From positions 1 to 64,000 of IMG/VR virus record IMGVR_UViG_3300032307_000369: DNA of 64,000 nt, one strand, 5' to 3'. The notes below the pieces were generated by a model. That model ran no database searches. It worked only from the letters and a program-made list of their open reading frames with translations, and was not told the DNA's origin. Every line of letters starts with the position of its first letter. Position 1 is the first letter of the stretch. The position numbers were made by a program, and so were the translations under genes. This document shows positions 15,909 to 25,213 of the stretch, piece by piece.

Positions 15909-16363
15909 TTTAGCCCAATGCTTATTGCCCAAGTGTCTCTTTGATTGAACACTCTGTGTTTGTGCCCTTTTGGAATAGACACACTGTCGCCTGACTTTAG
16001 AATATAAGTTTTATTTTTGATTTGCACTCTTTTGCGACCCTTAATAACGTACAACATTACATTTGTGGTATCATGGTGCCAACCAAAACTATAGTCAGTT
16101 CTAGGACTATAGAATAAATGGATATCTTTAATTTTAAGTTTACCAAAACACTTTTTAATATTTTGGTTCTTTTCTAGTCCTTCAACCTTAATGGCCGAAT
16201 AGTTCCTAATACTAGCCACATACTGAGTATATGATAATTTTTGATTAGCATACCAAGACCACATGGTATGACCTGTTCTATCAATAACGACAATCTCGTT
16301 ATTGTCAAAACGCTCAAATGAAATTATCTCTTCCTTGAGCATTTTGTACAGCGTTTTTACCAC
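15905..16363 (-). CDS. JmjC/cupin-fold oxygenase
   Basis: SFGWHHD, GRKRV, IPKGHKHRV. Confidence 0.8.
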   Translation of the reverse strand: MVKTLYKMLKEEIISFERFDNNEIVVIDRTGHTMWSWYANQKLSYTQYVASIRNYSAIKVEGLEKNQNIKKCFGKLKIKDIHLFYSPRTDYSFGWHHDTTNVMLYVIKGRKRVQIKNKTYILKSGDSVSIPKGHKHRVFNQRDTWAISIGLK

Positions 16364-17271
16364 TTAATAAATCCTCGACTGTATCCTTCAGGACGATTAT
16401 ATCCATCTTCAAACGCCTGCTGCCATTCTGTATTTCTATCGTATCCCTTAGTCCAAAATTGACTAACATCTAGATCTCCACGCTCAATCCAACCTACAGC
16501 CAATTTCATACAATGATGGAATGTTTTTGCACGTGGACTTGGCATGATAATAGTAACGGCTTTCCAAAGCAAACTACTAAAATTAGTTACTAGTGCGGGT
16601 TTCTTTTCACAAGCCATGATCCAAAGAGCACCTGGAGCAAGTAAGTCTTGTTCTATTACTAGATTGTTTTCTCTAATATCTATAATCACATTATACTGTT
16701 CATGTTGTGGTTTATCAACTAGCACTCCGTTGTATTTTTGCCACATGTCTTGATTACTACTACCAAGAACTTCAATGCTGGCAAACTCCACATGAGTTAG
16801 GGATAATGTATGATAAGCGATCCAAGCAAGAAATCCACTACCAATAATCAAACAGCGACTGTCTGGACCGCTACGGTCACCAACTGCACGTAAATCTTGT
16901 TCAACCAAATTAATGCCACAAGCAACTGGCTCAATAATATATTTTGGATCTGCTTCTGGAACTCTTACCCACTCATTCATTTTTACATTATAGAAGTCTG
17001 CATAAGCAGGCTCGCCACGAGTGGCTATGAAATCACCTTCTTTGATTCCGCTAACAAGAGCACCTACTCGTGTTACCTGACCAAGACCTTCATGCCCTTG
17101 CATGTGTAAAGGTAACGGACCAAACTCCCCACGCATCATAGCAATATCGCTACGACAAACACCAGTCATTACAGCTTTGACTTCAATTTCATTTGATAAT
17201 GGTTCAGGCTTCTCCCAAATTTGTTCTTTGAAAGCGCCGTTGCTGTCTGTATAAAGTAGCCTAGTTTTCAA
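16357..17271 (-). CDS. Medium-chain (Zn-type) dehydrogenase/reductase
   Basis: GVCRSD, GHEGLG, IEPVACG, IIGSGFLA. Confidence 0.85.
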   Translation of the reverse strand: MKTRLLYTDSNGAFKEQIWEKPEPLSNEIEVKAVMTGVCRSDIAMMRGEFGPLPLHMQGHEGLGQVTRVGALVSGIKEGDFIATRGEPAYADFYNVKMNEWVRVPEADPKYIIEPVACGINLVEQDLRAVGDRSGPDSRCLIIGSGFLAWIAYHTLSLTHVEFASIEVLGSSNQDMWQKYNGVLVDKPQHEQYNVIIDIRENNLVIEQDLLAPGALWIMACEKKPALVTNFSSLLWKAVTIIMPSPRAKTFHHCMKLAVGWIERGDLDVSQFWTKGYDRNTEWQQAFEDGYNRPEGYSRGFIKW

Positions 17272-18152
17272 AACTGAATCCTCTCATGTATCCACAAGTC
17301 CTGTAAAAATTGTCTTTGCCAAAATTGCTCATTGCTTATGTTGCTGATAGCACAATCAATCATGTTTTTATACGCTTCTTCTGGACAAAGCCCTAACTCA
17401 AAACGTTTAACTGTGCCATCTTTCATTTCAAATTCTACTGCACGATTGTCTGCTACACCATCTGCCCAGTTAGCTTCCATCTTCCATGTTTTTCCATTTT
17501 GCATGTACTTGATCTTACAAAGATCGTCAACATCATACACACCGTCCCTTTTGACTGCGCCATATTCTGTATCTTCAATTTTGTCTAAAGTATGCATTTG
17601 GCGAGCTTCTTGTCCAGTCATTTGTGCGTCCATCCACTTGTCATTAAGTGCAATGTACAAACTGAGCAAGTGTGGCATAAGGTCTCTACTAACTCCACCA
17701 AATGCCAATTTCTTTGTAGTAAACCAAGTACCTGGACCTGGGATACGATTCTTGTTAATCCATTTAATTTTTATAGCCTTGGCATCTGCTACACACTCCC
17801 GCATCTCTGCAATGTTATCACGCCACATGTTATTTTTAACCAACATGAAACGTGTATTTGGGAATGTGTTTACAAGAGTTGACCACACGTCAGCATTGGA
17901 TACCCCAGGCTTTTCAATAAAGATTATTTTGGCATGTTTAGCCAATTTCATAGCCATTTCAAAATGTGTAAAGTTTGGAGTACAAATATGCACAGTATCA
18001 AAAGGACCATGAGCAAAAATAGCAGACTCAATATTGGGCAAGTCAGCACGTTTACCAATATCGTTATCTACTGTAATCACTTCAATTTTTAATTCTTCCA
18101 ACACTTTTTTGTATAGAGATCCAATCCCCATACCCACTACCAGGCTTTTCAT
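17268..18152 (-). CDS. Gfo/Idh/MocA family oxidoreductase
   Basis: VVGMGIG, ICTPNFTH, IEKP, GGVSRDLMPH. Confidence 0.85.
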   Translation of the reverse strand: MKSLVVGMGIGSLYKKVLEELKIEVITVDNDIGKRADLPNIESAIFAHGPFDTVHICTPNFTHFEMAMKLAKHAKIIFIEKPGVSNADVWSTLVNTFPNTRFMLVKNNMWRDNIAEMRECVADAKAIKIKWINKNRIPGPGTWFTTKKLAFGGVSRDLMPHLLSLYIALNDKWMDAQMTGQEARQMHTLDKIEDTEYGAVKRDGVYDVDDLCKIKYMQNGKTWKMEANWADGVADNRAVEFEMKDGTVKRFELGLCPEEAYKNMIDCAISNISNEQFWQRQFLQDLWIHERIQF

Positions 18153-18616
18153 TTTTTATTTTCCTTAGTAAGTTCACACATCAAAACAAAATTATCGTAA
18201 GACTTGCGTACTGCTGGATTACTTATTAGCTCTTTGAATTCATCCATCATGGCTCTGACACCAGCCTCAGCCGCTTCTCTGTAACTACACCATTCAAGAG
18301 CATACCGTTCTTCGCCAAACTCTTCGGCTAGTTTTTTCCATGCTTCAAGTTGTCTAGGAGTAAGTGGCTTGTGTTTTTCTGGAACCCTCAGAGCACTGGC
18401 CTCCATGATTTTTCTACTGATAGCATCTTCAGCCACACGACCTGCGGCTATCAATGCGGCATAATCAGGATCTATATTATACACCCTGCTGGACCCGCCT
18501 GGATAAACTTGCACCATGTGAGTTCCCTTGCCAAAAGAGTCTGTGAGCTCTTGGTCGTATTCAGAAACTGGTTGGTAACGTCTGCCAACTTTTTTGTAAA
18601 AAACTGTTTTTTTCAT
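18149..18616 (-). CDS. Hypothetical phage protein
   Basis: ORF coupled to its neighbours. Confidence 0.65.
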   Translation of the reverse strand: MKKTVFYKKVGRRYQPVSEYDQELTDSFGKGTHMVQVYPGGSSRVYNIDPDYAALIAAGRVAEDAISRKIMEASALRVPEKHKPLTPRQLEAWKKLAEEFGEERYALEWCSYREAAEAGVRAMMDEFKELISNPAVRKSYDNFVLMCELTKENKK

Positions 18617-18927
18617 AGCAAGCCTGCTGAATCTTCTTTTAGAATTTTTGCATTTTGATTTGGGAACCGTTGCATAAAGATTTTACTTATTTCTTCTATA
18701 GTTTCGGCCTGACCAACAAATTGATTGTCGTCTTTCCTATAACAGTATAACACCTTGCCATGCTTTTCTAAAGTCAAAAGAACTTCTTCTTTTTCTTGCT
18801 CTTGTTTGATTTGTTTGACTACCAAATGTGTAATCATTTTGAGCATAAGTTTTTGAATAGCCCAAGAAAATATTACCCAACTTAGGACTCCTATCCAAAA
18901 CCCATTCCAAAATTCGTCCATAAACAC
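18613..18927 (-). CDS. Hypothetical protein with N-terminal TM helix
   Basis: SD GGAG, hydrophobic N-terminus. Confidence 0.6.
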   Translation of the reverse strand: MFMDEFWNGFWIGVLSWVIFSWAIQKLMLKMITHLVVKQIKQEQEKEEVLLTLEKHGKVLYCYRKDDNQFVGQAETIEEISKIFMQRFPNQNAKILKEDSAGLL

Positions 18928-18948
18928 TCCAAATTGTTCAGTATCGCT

Positions 18949-18977
18949 ATTATAATATAGTAGACATTACATGTCAA
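18949..18977 (-). promoter_or_regulatory. Consensus sigma70 promoter driving the leftward cluster
   Basis: TTGACA-N17-TATAAT. Confidence 0.85.
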
Positions 18978-19019
18978 TCATATAAAAATATTTAACCAAA
19001 CTGATTTTACCAAAAGGCA

Positions 19020-19048
19020 TTGACAAATAGCTGATATTACCTTATACT
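19020..19048 (+). promoter_or_regulatory. sigma70 promoter, divergent
   Basis: TTGACA-N17-TATACT. Confidence 0.8.
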
Positions 19049-19097
19049 AGTAAAACGCTTGCAGGTGTAAGCGATTTTAAAACTTAGGAGAATAGGC

Positions 19098-19442
19098 ATG
19101 AATAAGGCAGAACACGCACTTGAACTTTTCAAAGACCACTGTGCTAAGAGCACAGGTATTGCTAATCAGTGGATTGGCAAATCAAACACATATCAGTTTG
19201 ATATTGGTCGTCCCACAGCGAATGGTACCATTAATGGTGTGATTCGTAAATTGGCTGGCACAGATGTTAGCGGTAAGCACATTTGGGCTGTTGCTGGTTC
19301 TATTAAAATTGATATCAACGGCGAATTCCATCGCGGTACAGGTATCCCACGCAGTTTGATGAAGGACATTACTTCTCAAGCTGATTTCTTGTACACACAA
19401 GAAAAAGCACAAACAACTACCAAAGCAACTGTTACAGTATAA
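19098..19442 (+). CDS. Hypothetical protein
   Basis: SD AGGAG. Confidence 0.65.
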   Translation: MNKAEHALELFKDHCAKSTGIANQWIGKSNTYQFDIGRPTANGTINGVIRKLAGTDVSGKHIWAVAGSIKIDINGEFHRGTGIPRSLMKDITSQADFLYTQEKAQTTTKATVTV

Positions 19443-19453
19443 TGATAACTGCA

Positions 19454-19475
19454 CAAGGGGGTAGATGCCCCCTTG
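19454..19475 (+). terminator. Hairpin, possible terminator
   Basis: CAAGGGGG/CCCCCTTG stem; weak U tract. Confidence 0.4.
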
Positions 19476-19497
19476 ATTCAGTGATACTGGAGTTATA

Positions 19498-19890
19498 ATG
19501 AGTATGCATTTAGAAGGCCCGTGGTTATCTACGAGCGGAAAAAAGAAGGGCAAGCAAAAATTCCGTAATGCTGAACAGGCACGGAAGGCTCGCGAGCAAA
19601 GAGAAAGCTGGCAAGATTTACTCAAACGACATGATGTCAAACCTGTTACCAAAAAACAGAAGATTGACAGCACGTTGAGTTCATGTTATAGTTTAAAGAT
19701 ACCAGAAGGTCGTAACACTACTTCTCACATTAAAAGTTTGGACAGTGGCTTAGGCAGTGCTACACTTAAAGCGCCTAAGGTGTATACGGGCACTAAGGTA
19801 AAGGGTATTGCCACTATGCACAAGTCAAACGCTGTTCCGGTGTTCAGTGATGAAGAGGCAGTGGAAATAAGTAAAATGCGAAGAGGTTAA
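19498..19890 (+). CDS. Basic hypothetical phage protein
   Basis: SD GGAG; GIATMHKSNAVPV C-terminal motif recalled from large myoviruses. Confidence 0.7.
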   Translation: MSMHLEGPWLSTSGKKKGKQKFRNAEQARKAREQRESWQDLLKRHDVKPVTKKQKIDSTLSSCYSLKIPEGRNTTSHIKSLDSGLGSATLKAPKVYTGTKVKGIATMHKSNAVPVFSDEEAVEISKMRRG

Positions 19891-19891
19891 T

Positions 19892-20848
19892 TTGAAAAAG
19901 ACATCATGCCCGTTATGTGGGTCAAATCATGTGGAAGTGTTAGACACAATAGATAAAAATCTGTTGCGTAATGTATACCTAAAAGAATACAATACTGATG
20001 TTGGTCATATGATTACCAGTGACATGCGTGTGCTTGGATGTCAATCTTGTGACCTAAAATGGTTTGATCCAATGTTTACTGGTGATCAAAACTTTTACTC
20101 AGACTTGCAAAAATTTGATTGGTACTATAAAGATGATAAATTTGAGTACGATCACGTTGCTAACTTTATCAAATCAAAAGATAAAGTATTGGAAGTTGGC
20201 TGTGGCAAAGGAGCATTTAGTTCACGCATTCCTACTAAAAAATATGTAGGTTTGGAGTTTAGCGAAACTGCAAGAGACTTAGCCATTGCTTTGGGCAGGG
20301 ACGTTCGAACGCAAAGTATTGAAGAACATGCTGTGGAAAATGCAGAAAAATATGATGTTGTCTGTAGTTTTCAAGTGCTTGAACACGTAACTGATCCTAG
20401 AAGTTTTATTGAAAATTGCATCAAAACATTGAAGCCAGGTGGTACATTGATAATAACTACTCCGTCAGAAGATAGTTTTTTACAGCATATTCAAGACTTT
20501 GCATTGAACATGCCGCCACATCATGTGACCAAATGGACTGATAAGTGTTTGAATAATTTAGAAAAGGAATTTGGTGTTAAGTGCGTACATTTGTACCATG
20601 AGCCCCTAAATTCTTTCCATATTCCATGGTTTTTCACCAGTATGGTGGTATACCAGTTAAATAAAACGTTGGGAATTGTTCACAGTCTAATAAAACAACC
20701 CAAGCACTGGTTGAGCCACATGTTGGCTGTGTTACTATATAAATTGATTGGTAACCAAATTCCAAGTGCATATCAAGGACACGGCCATACCGTAATTGCC
20801 GTGTATAAAAAATCCGCGAACGGTACACTACCCAAAACAGAGCTATGA
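19892..20848 (+). CDS. Class I SAM-dependent methyltransferase with N-terminal Zn ribbon
   Basis: CPLC..CQSC, VLEVGCGKG, FQVLEHV.DP, NMPPHH. Confidence 0.85.
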   Translation: MKKTSCPLCGSNHVEVLDTIDKNLLRNVYLKEYNTDVGHMITSDMRVLGCQSCDLKWFDPMFTGDQNFYSDLQKFDWYYKDDKFEYDHVANFIKSKDKVLEVGCGKGAFSSRIPTKKYVGLEFSETARDLAIALGRDVRTQSIEEHAVENAEKYDVVCSFQVLEHVTDPRSFIENCIKTLKPGGTLIITTPSEDSFLQHIQDFALNMPPHHVTKWTDKCLNNLEKEFGVKCVHLYHEPLNSFHIPWFFTSMVVYQLNKTLGIVHSLIKQPKHWLSHMLAVLLYKLIGNQIPSAYQGHGHTVIAVYKKSANGTLPKTEL

Positions 20849-20886
20849 CAATTCATATTGTCTAGCCTACTTTAAGGAGAAAAAGT

Positions 20887-21429
20887 ATGGATAAGATTCT
20901 TAGACCAGCAGTGTTATTTTTTGGCTTTCTAATAGCAATATTTGTAGTACAAAATGTAACCGCTAATAAGATTTACAAATTGCAAAATGGAGTAGTAGTG
21001 TCTTCTAAAGATATTATTACAATTAAAGATAGAGAACGCCAATTGGACTGTTTGGCAAAAAATATCTATCACGAAGCCGCAAGCGAGCCTTTTGAAGGCA
21101 AAGTCGCAGTGGCACAAGTAACAATGAACAGAGTTGAGAGTGGCAAATACCCATCCGACGTCTGTGGAGTTGTTTACCAAAAAAATATCTTTATGGAAAA
21201 GGTAGTTTGTCAATTCAGTTGGTATTGCCAAAATGGAGGCAAGATGCCAATTCGTTCAAACGAAATGTATCAAGAAAGCATGGCAGTGGCTAAAAAGGTT
21301 CTTTTGGAAGATTTCAGATTGGACATACTAAAGGATGCAATGTTCTATCATGCAGACTATGTCAATCCAAATTGGAAGAAAGAAAAAATTGGTAAAATTG
21401 GTCGTCACATTTTTTATAGGGGAAATTAA
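20887..21429 (+). CDS. Cell wall hydrolase, SleB family
   Basis: CLAKNIYHEAASE, AVAQVTMNRV, CQFSW, YHADYV.P.W, IGRHIFY. Confidence 0.92.
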   Translation: MDKILRPAVLFFGFLIAIFVVQNVTANKIYKLQNGVVVSSKDIITIKDRERQLDCLAKNIYHEAASEPFEGKVAVAQVTMNRVESGKYPSDVCGVVYQKNIFMEKVVCQFSWYCQNGGKMPIRSNEMYQESMAVAKKVLLEDFRLDILKDAMFYHADYVNPNWKKEKIGKIGRHIFYRGN

Positions 21430-21756
21430 ATGAATCAAGTTTCGTCAAAGGTAGCAGTATTTTTTCAACCAATTATGAAATTCATAACTGAAAAACTAGG
21501 TCATGTGTCAACAGAAGCACTAGGCTGGATGGCAGTTATCATAATTCATGCGGCTACATTGCCAACATTCCTAGCAGTAATGATGGGACTATCAGATCGA
21601 TTGCCCTCTGTGGACGTAATTTTACTTGTTTGGGCTGGTTTGGCACTTTTGTTCTTTAAAGCAGTTTTGCTCAAAGATATGTTGAATGTTGCCACAATTG
21701 GTTTTGGTTTTATGCTACAAGCCACAATGATGGCTTTGATATTCTTCAAATCATAA
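21430..21756 (+). CDS. Small integral membrane protein (3 TM)
   Basis: Three hydrophobic segments. Confidence 0.7.
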   Translation: MNQVSSKVAVFFQPIMKFITEKLGHVSTEALGWMAVIIIHAATLPTFLAVMMGLSDRLPSVDVILLVWAGLALLFFKAVLLKDMLNVATIGFGFMLQATMMALIFFKS

Positions 21757-21791
21757 ACAAAAACTAATTTTACCAAAATGAAGGAATAGTG

Positions 21792-21820
21792 TTGACAAAA
21801 CCTATTCCTTCTGTTATTAT
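21792..21820 (+). promoter_or_regulatory. sigma70 promoter with -35 inside a 9-bp inverted repeat
   Basis: TTGACA-N17-TATTAT with extended TG; flanking AAGGAATAG/CTATTCCTT. Confidence 0.7.
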
Positions 21821-21851
21821 TACTATACACATTAACACAGAAAGGTATTTT

Positions 21852-21974
21852 ATGAAAATTGCAGTGATCACATTTATGGTAATGATGCTTACAGCATGCG
21901 GAACCGTTGGTGGTGCAGTAAGTGGTGCAGGACAGGATCTGTCCAAAGCAGGTGATTGGATTAAAAATCGTTAA
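21852..21974 (+). CDS. Entericidin EcnA/B-like lipoprotein
   Basis: MKIAVITFMVMMLTAC-GTVGGAVSGAGQDLSKAG: lipobox plus the entericidin pattern; start moved to ATG 21852. Confidence 0.75.
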   Translation: MKIAVITFMVMMLTACGTVGGAVSGAGQDLSKAGDWIKNR

Positions 21975-21992
21975 TAGGCATAGGAGAGGCAA

Positions 21993-22577
21993 ATGAAAAA
22001 GGCTCTAGTATTACTTCCAGTTGTTGCGGCATTGACCGCTTGTGGTACGTTTAGTTCAAAAGATCCGTATCAAAAGCGAGCTGATGACTTTATGGAACAG
22101 CGTCAAAAACAGGTTGAGAAGGTACAGGATAAAACTCCAAGTTGGTATCATAAAACCCCAGTGGCTAACCAAGGTGCAATATACGCCGTTGGTACAGCTA
22201 GTTCAACTAATCAGTGGGTAGCTCTAGATAATGCTAAGGTGCTGGCTAAGGCTAGTATTTGTACTAGTGTCAATGGCACTGTTAGCAAAAAGAGCAAGGT
22301 CTACTTTAGAAATACTGAAAATGACACAGTAGAAGTTAGTGAACTAGCCATCGTTGAACGATGTGAAAAGACTGATGTAAGTGGTTTGGACGTATCTCGT
22401 CAAGCTACCGCAGTCATTAATGGTAGACACTACTACTGGGTAGAGGTTGCGTTTCCTTTAGGAGAAGCCAACATCATTCAAAGTCAGCGTCAACGTAATA
22501 AAGAACGTGAAGCTTCCATTGTGGGATCTAAACAATTGTTCAATGAAGTTGACTCAGCTGACCAACGTAAAAATTAA
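21993..22577 (+). CDS. LPP20-like lipoprotein
   Basis: Lipobox LTAC, P.WY, AVGTA.S...A...A..LAKA.I. Confidence 0.7.
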   Translation: MKKALVLLPVVAALTACGTFSSKDPYQKRADDFMEQRQKQVEKVQDKTPSWYHKTPVANQGAIYAVGTASSTNQWVALDNAKVLAKASICTSVNGTVSKKSKVYFRNTENDTVEVSELAIVERCEKTDVSGLDVSRQATAVINGRHYYWVEVAFPLGEANIIQSQRQRNKEREASIVGSKQLFNEVDSADQRKN

Positions 22578-22588
22578 GGAGATCTTGT

Positions 22589-22738
22589 ATGTTTGAATCA
22601 ATTGAAATTAGAAAAGCCGAAAACGGTATCATTGTAACCATCAAGACAGAAGATGAGGACAAGGATTTTGTTTTTGGCAATATCCCAAAAACCTTGAAGT
22701 TTGTTAAAGAATATTTGGAAACAAAACCCCAATCATGA
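22589..22738 (+). CDS. 49-aa hypothetical protein (MFESIEIRKAENGIIV...)
   Basis: SD AAGGAG; TGA overlaps the next ATG. Confidence 0.65.
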   Translation: MFESIEIRKAENGIIVTIKTEDEDKDFVFGNIPKTLKFVKEYLETKPQS

Positions 22739-23211
22739 AATGGCTACTGGCATTAGTATTGCTCATGCCAGCTGTAGCGTGGGCGAACTGTACTTCTGAA
22801 ACTACCGAAAGAACTGTTACAAAAACAGTACAGCCAAACGGTAGAGAATTGGTTAATACTGAAAAGACGTATGTTTGCAAAAATGGCAAACGAGAAGTAT
22901 TCTCCAATTGCAAAACATTCCAGTGGAGTACTTTTTTAGGTGAAACCAATACATCTAAATCTTGTTCAGAATGGGATGAGCGTGAGGCAACTGACACGGC
23001 ATTGACTTATGCACACGATGGTGTTATAGTTGAATGGATAGATACTCGTGGAAAGTTTAAAGGATCTATTATTGCTTGGACACTGCCAAAATCGCAAGAA
23101 GGCTGGTGCAGACAAATCGTTGTGACCAAAGACTATGGCAGTAGTTCTGACAACACTGTTAGGATAATGTGCTACGCAGAAGGAAGAGGATGGCAGTATT
23201 GGCGACGCTAA
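22735..23211 (+). CDS. Secreted protein with RT0821/17-kDa surface-antigen-like C-terminal domain
   Basis: Signal peptide; AL....G....W....G.....CR......C....W pattern. Confidence 0.6.
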   Translation: MKWLLALVLLMPAVAWANCTSETTERTVTKTVQPNGRELVNTEKTYVCKNGKREVFSNCKTFQWSTFLGETNTSKSCSEWDEREATDTALTYAHDGVIVEWIDTRGKFKGSIIAWTLPKSQEGWCRQIVVTKDYGSSSDNTVRIMCYAEGRGWQYWRR

Positions 23212-23241
23212 TAAGCAATAAATATAGATGAGGAAAATTTA

Positions 23242-24834
23242 ATGACATTAGCTTGGCTATTACTTATTACTGGTTTAACAATTTCAGCTGTGGCGATCTA
23301 CTATTCTGTAGTAGGTCTTGCCGCTATTTTTAGTGCGGCAGTTATTCCCATCATAGTTATGGGCAGTGCCTTAGAAGTAGCTAAATTGGTATGTGCCAGC
23401 TGGTTAAAGGCAAATTGGAACAGAACTCCAATATTAATGAAGACTTATATGACCATTGCAGTAATTGTGCTAATGGCCATAACATCAATGGGTATCTTTG
23501 GATTCTTATCAAAAGCCCACAGTGATCAAAGTCTAGTAAGTGGTGACGTTATGGGACGAATCGCCATTTATGATGAAAAAATTAAAACATCAAAAGAAAA
23601 TATAGATGCAAATAGAAAAGCACTTAGACAGATGGACGAAGCTGTGGATCAAAGCATGGCACGTTCTAACGATGAGAAAGGTGCTGACAAAGCCGTTGCT
23701 ATACGCAGAGGACAAGCAAAAGAACGTGCTAGACTGCAAAAAGAAATCGCTGACGAACAAGCCACAGTTGCCAAGCTCAATGAAGAATCTGCACCCATAC
23801 GAGCCGAAGTCAGAAAAGTGGAAGCAGAAGTTGGACCACTAAAGTATATTGCTAAACTAATTTACGGTGATGCTGGCGCTGACGAGAACATGCTGGAGAG
23901 AGCAGTTACTTGGGTTATTATTTTAATTGTGGTTGTATTTGACCCACTAGCAGTTATCATGCTACTTGCCGCCCAAATGTCGTTTGGATGGAAAAGACCC
24001 AATGAAGAACCAGTGGCAGTCAAGGACAGTGTTGAAAAAGAAACAACTGAAGAACCATTTGTTGGTATAATTGCCCAGGAGGTTGCAAGTGTACTTCCTG
24101 AAGCTGTAACCACAGTTCCAGATGAGTCAGTGGCTATTTTGAAAGATGCAAAAGAAAAGTTAGCACAGTTTGTTGACAAGGTTAATTTAGAAAACAAGCC
24201 AGAGCCACTTGTATTTGAAACTGTTAAAGGCTTTGCTGTTCCAAAAGTTGACAACGTACCAAATCTAGAAAACTTGACAGCATATACACCAAATGTTAAA
24301 GAATTAAACATACAGCCAATTCAACCAGAAGAAACTGAAGATGCTGGACTTGAAGCATGGAATAAAATGCTTGAAGAAGCCGAACAAGCAGTACGAGAAG
24401 AAAAATTAGCCAATAATAAGTTTCCATCAGATCCATTTACAGGACAACAGTTCAAATTAGTAACTGATGAAAAAGAACAATACTATGTATACAATGGAAC
24501 CAATTGGGTCAAGGCTCCGTTAAACGGCGAGGCACATGCTCCTGCTGATGATGATAATAAAAAATATAAAATATTTCCAGAACTAATCAATACCAATTAT
24601 GTTCAAAATGAAGAACAAGTGGAAAGTGGACTTTGGCAGGAAACTACTCAGTCACTAAGTCAAAACGATTATCAACAAAAAGTACTTGAGGCTAACATTC
24701 GTTCACTTGTAGAATCAATTAATGATGGTTCAATTTCAATTGAACAATTAACTGAAGACGAAGCCTTAGCAGTTGAAGAATATTTGAAAAAGGAAAGCAA
24801 TGGCAGGGAAGATAACGATAGTAAGTCCACCTGA
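23242..24834 (+). CDS. Membrane-anchored coiled-coil protein with acidic C-terminal region
   Basis: Three N-terminal TM helices, coiled coil, fourth TM (IVVVFDPLAV). Confidence 0.7.
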   Translation: MTLAWLLLITGLTISAVAIYYSVVGLAAIFSAAVIPIIVMGSALEVAKLVCASWLKANWNRTPILMKTYMTIAVIVLMAITSMGIFGFLSKAHSDQSLVSGDVMGRIAIYDEKIKTSKENIDANRKALRQMDEAVDQSMARSNDEKGADKAVAIRRGQAKERARLQKEIADEQATVAKLNEESAPIRAEVRKVEAEVGPLKYIAKLIYGDAGADENMLERAVTWVIILIVVVFDPLAVIMLLAAQMSFGWKRPNEEPVAVKDSVEKETTEEPFVGIIAQEVASVLPEAVTTVPDESVAILKDAKEKLAQFVDKVNLENKPEPLVFETVKGFAVPKVDNVPNLENLTAYTPNVKELNIQPIQPEETEDAGLEAWNKMLEEAEQAVREEKLANNKFPSDPFTGQQFKLVTDEKEQYYVYNGTNWVKAPLNGEAHAPADDDNKKYKIFPELINTNYVQNEEQVESGLWQETTQSLSQNDYQQKVLEANIRSLVESINDGSISIEQLTEDEALAVEEYLKKESNGREDNDSKST

Positions 24835-25213
24835 TATCTATGTTAATCGAACAACCAGTATTATTCTTGTTAATACTACTGAAAAAGAACAAGAGCAGAT
24901 TAGCGATTGGTTCAACCAAAATCAACTAGCCCAAGAGCTTTCAATTTATTTTTACAATAACGAACGAAACCTTCAATGGCTAGTAATGTCATTTGCTGTG
25001 GCTCAATTTCGATATATCAATCTAGATAACACTCAGGATCAAAGTGGCTTGCTTGCAGGGCACTTTTTAAGTTCTGACAACTGTTATTATACTCTAACCG
25101 ATACTAATTTATATGAAGCATACAGATTAGTAAATACTTCAAAGTTAGAAACAATAACTGAATTTTTAGATAAGGTAATATCAATTGAGCACACTGAAAC
25201 ACCAGAACTGTGA
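24800..25213 (+). CDS. Hypothetical protein
   Basis: ORF overlapping both neighbours. Confidence 0.6.
   Translation: MAGKITIVSPPDIYVNRTTSIILVNTTEKEQEQISDWFNQNQLAQELSIYFYNNERNLQWLVMSFAVAQFRYINLDNTQDQSGLLAGHFLSSDNCYYTLTDTNLYEAYRLVNTSKLETITEFLDKVISIEHTETPEL

Noticed and set aside
17332-18012. 226-aa plus-strand ORF and the nested 17592-17882 ORF
   Set aside because: Antisense shadows of the Gfo/Idh/MocA gene.
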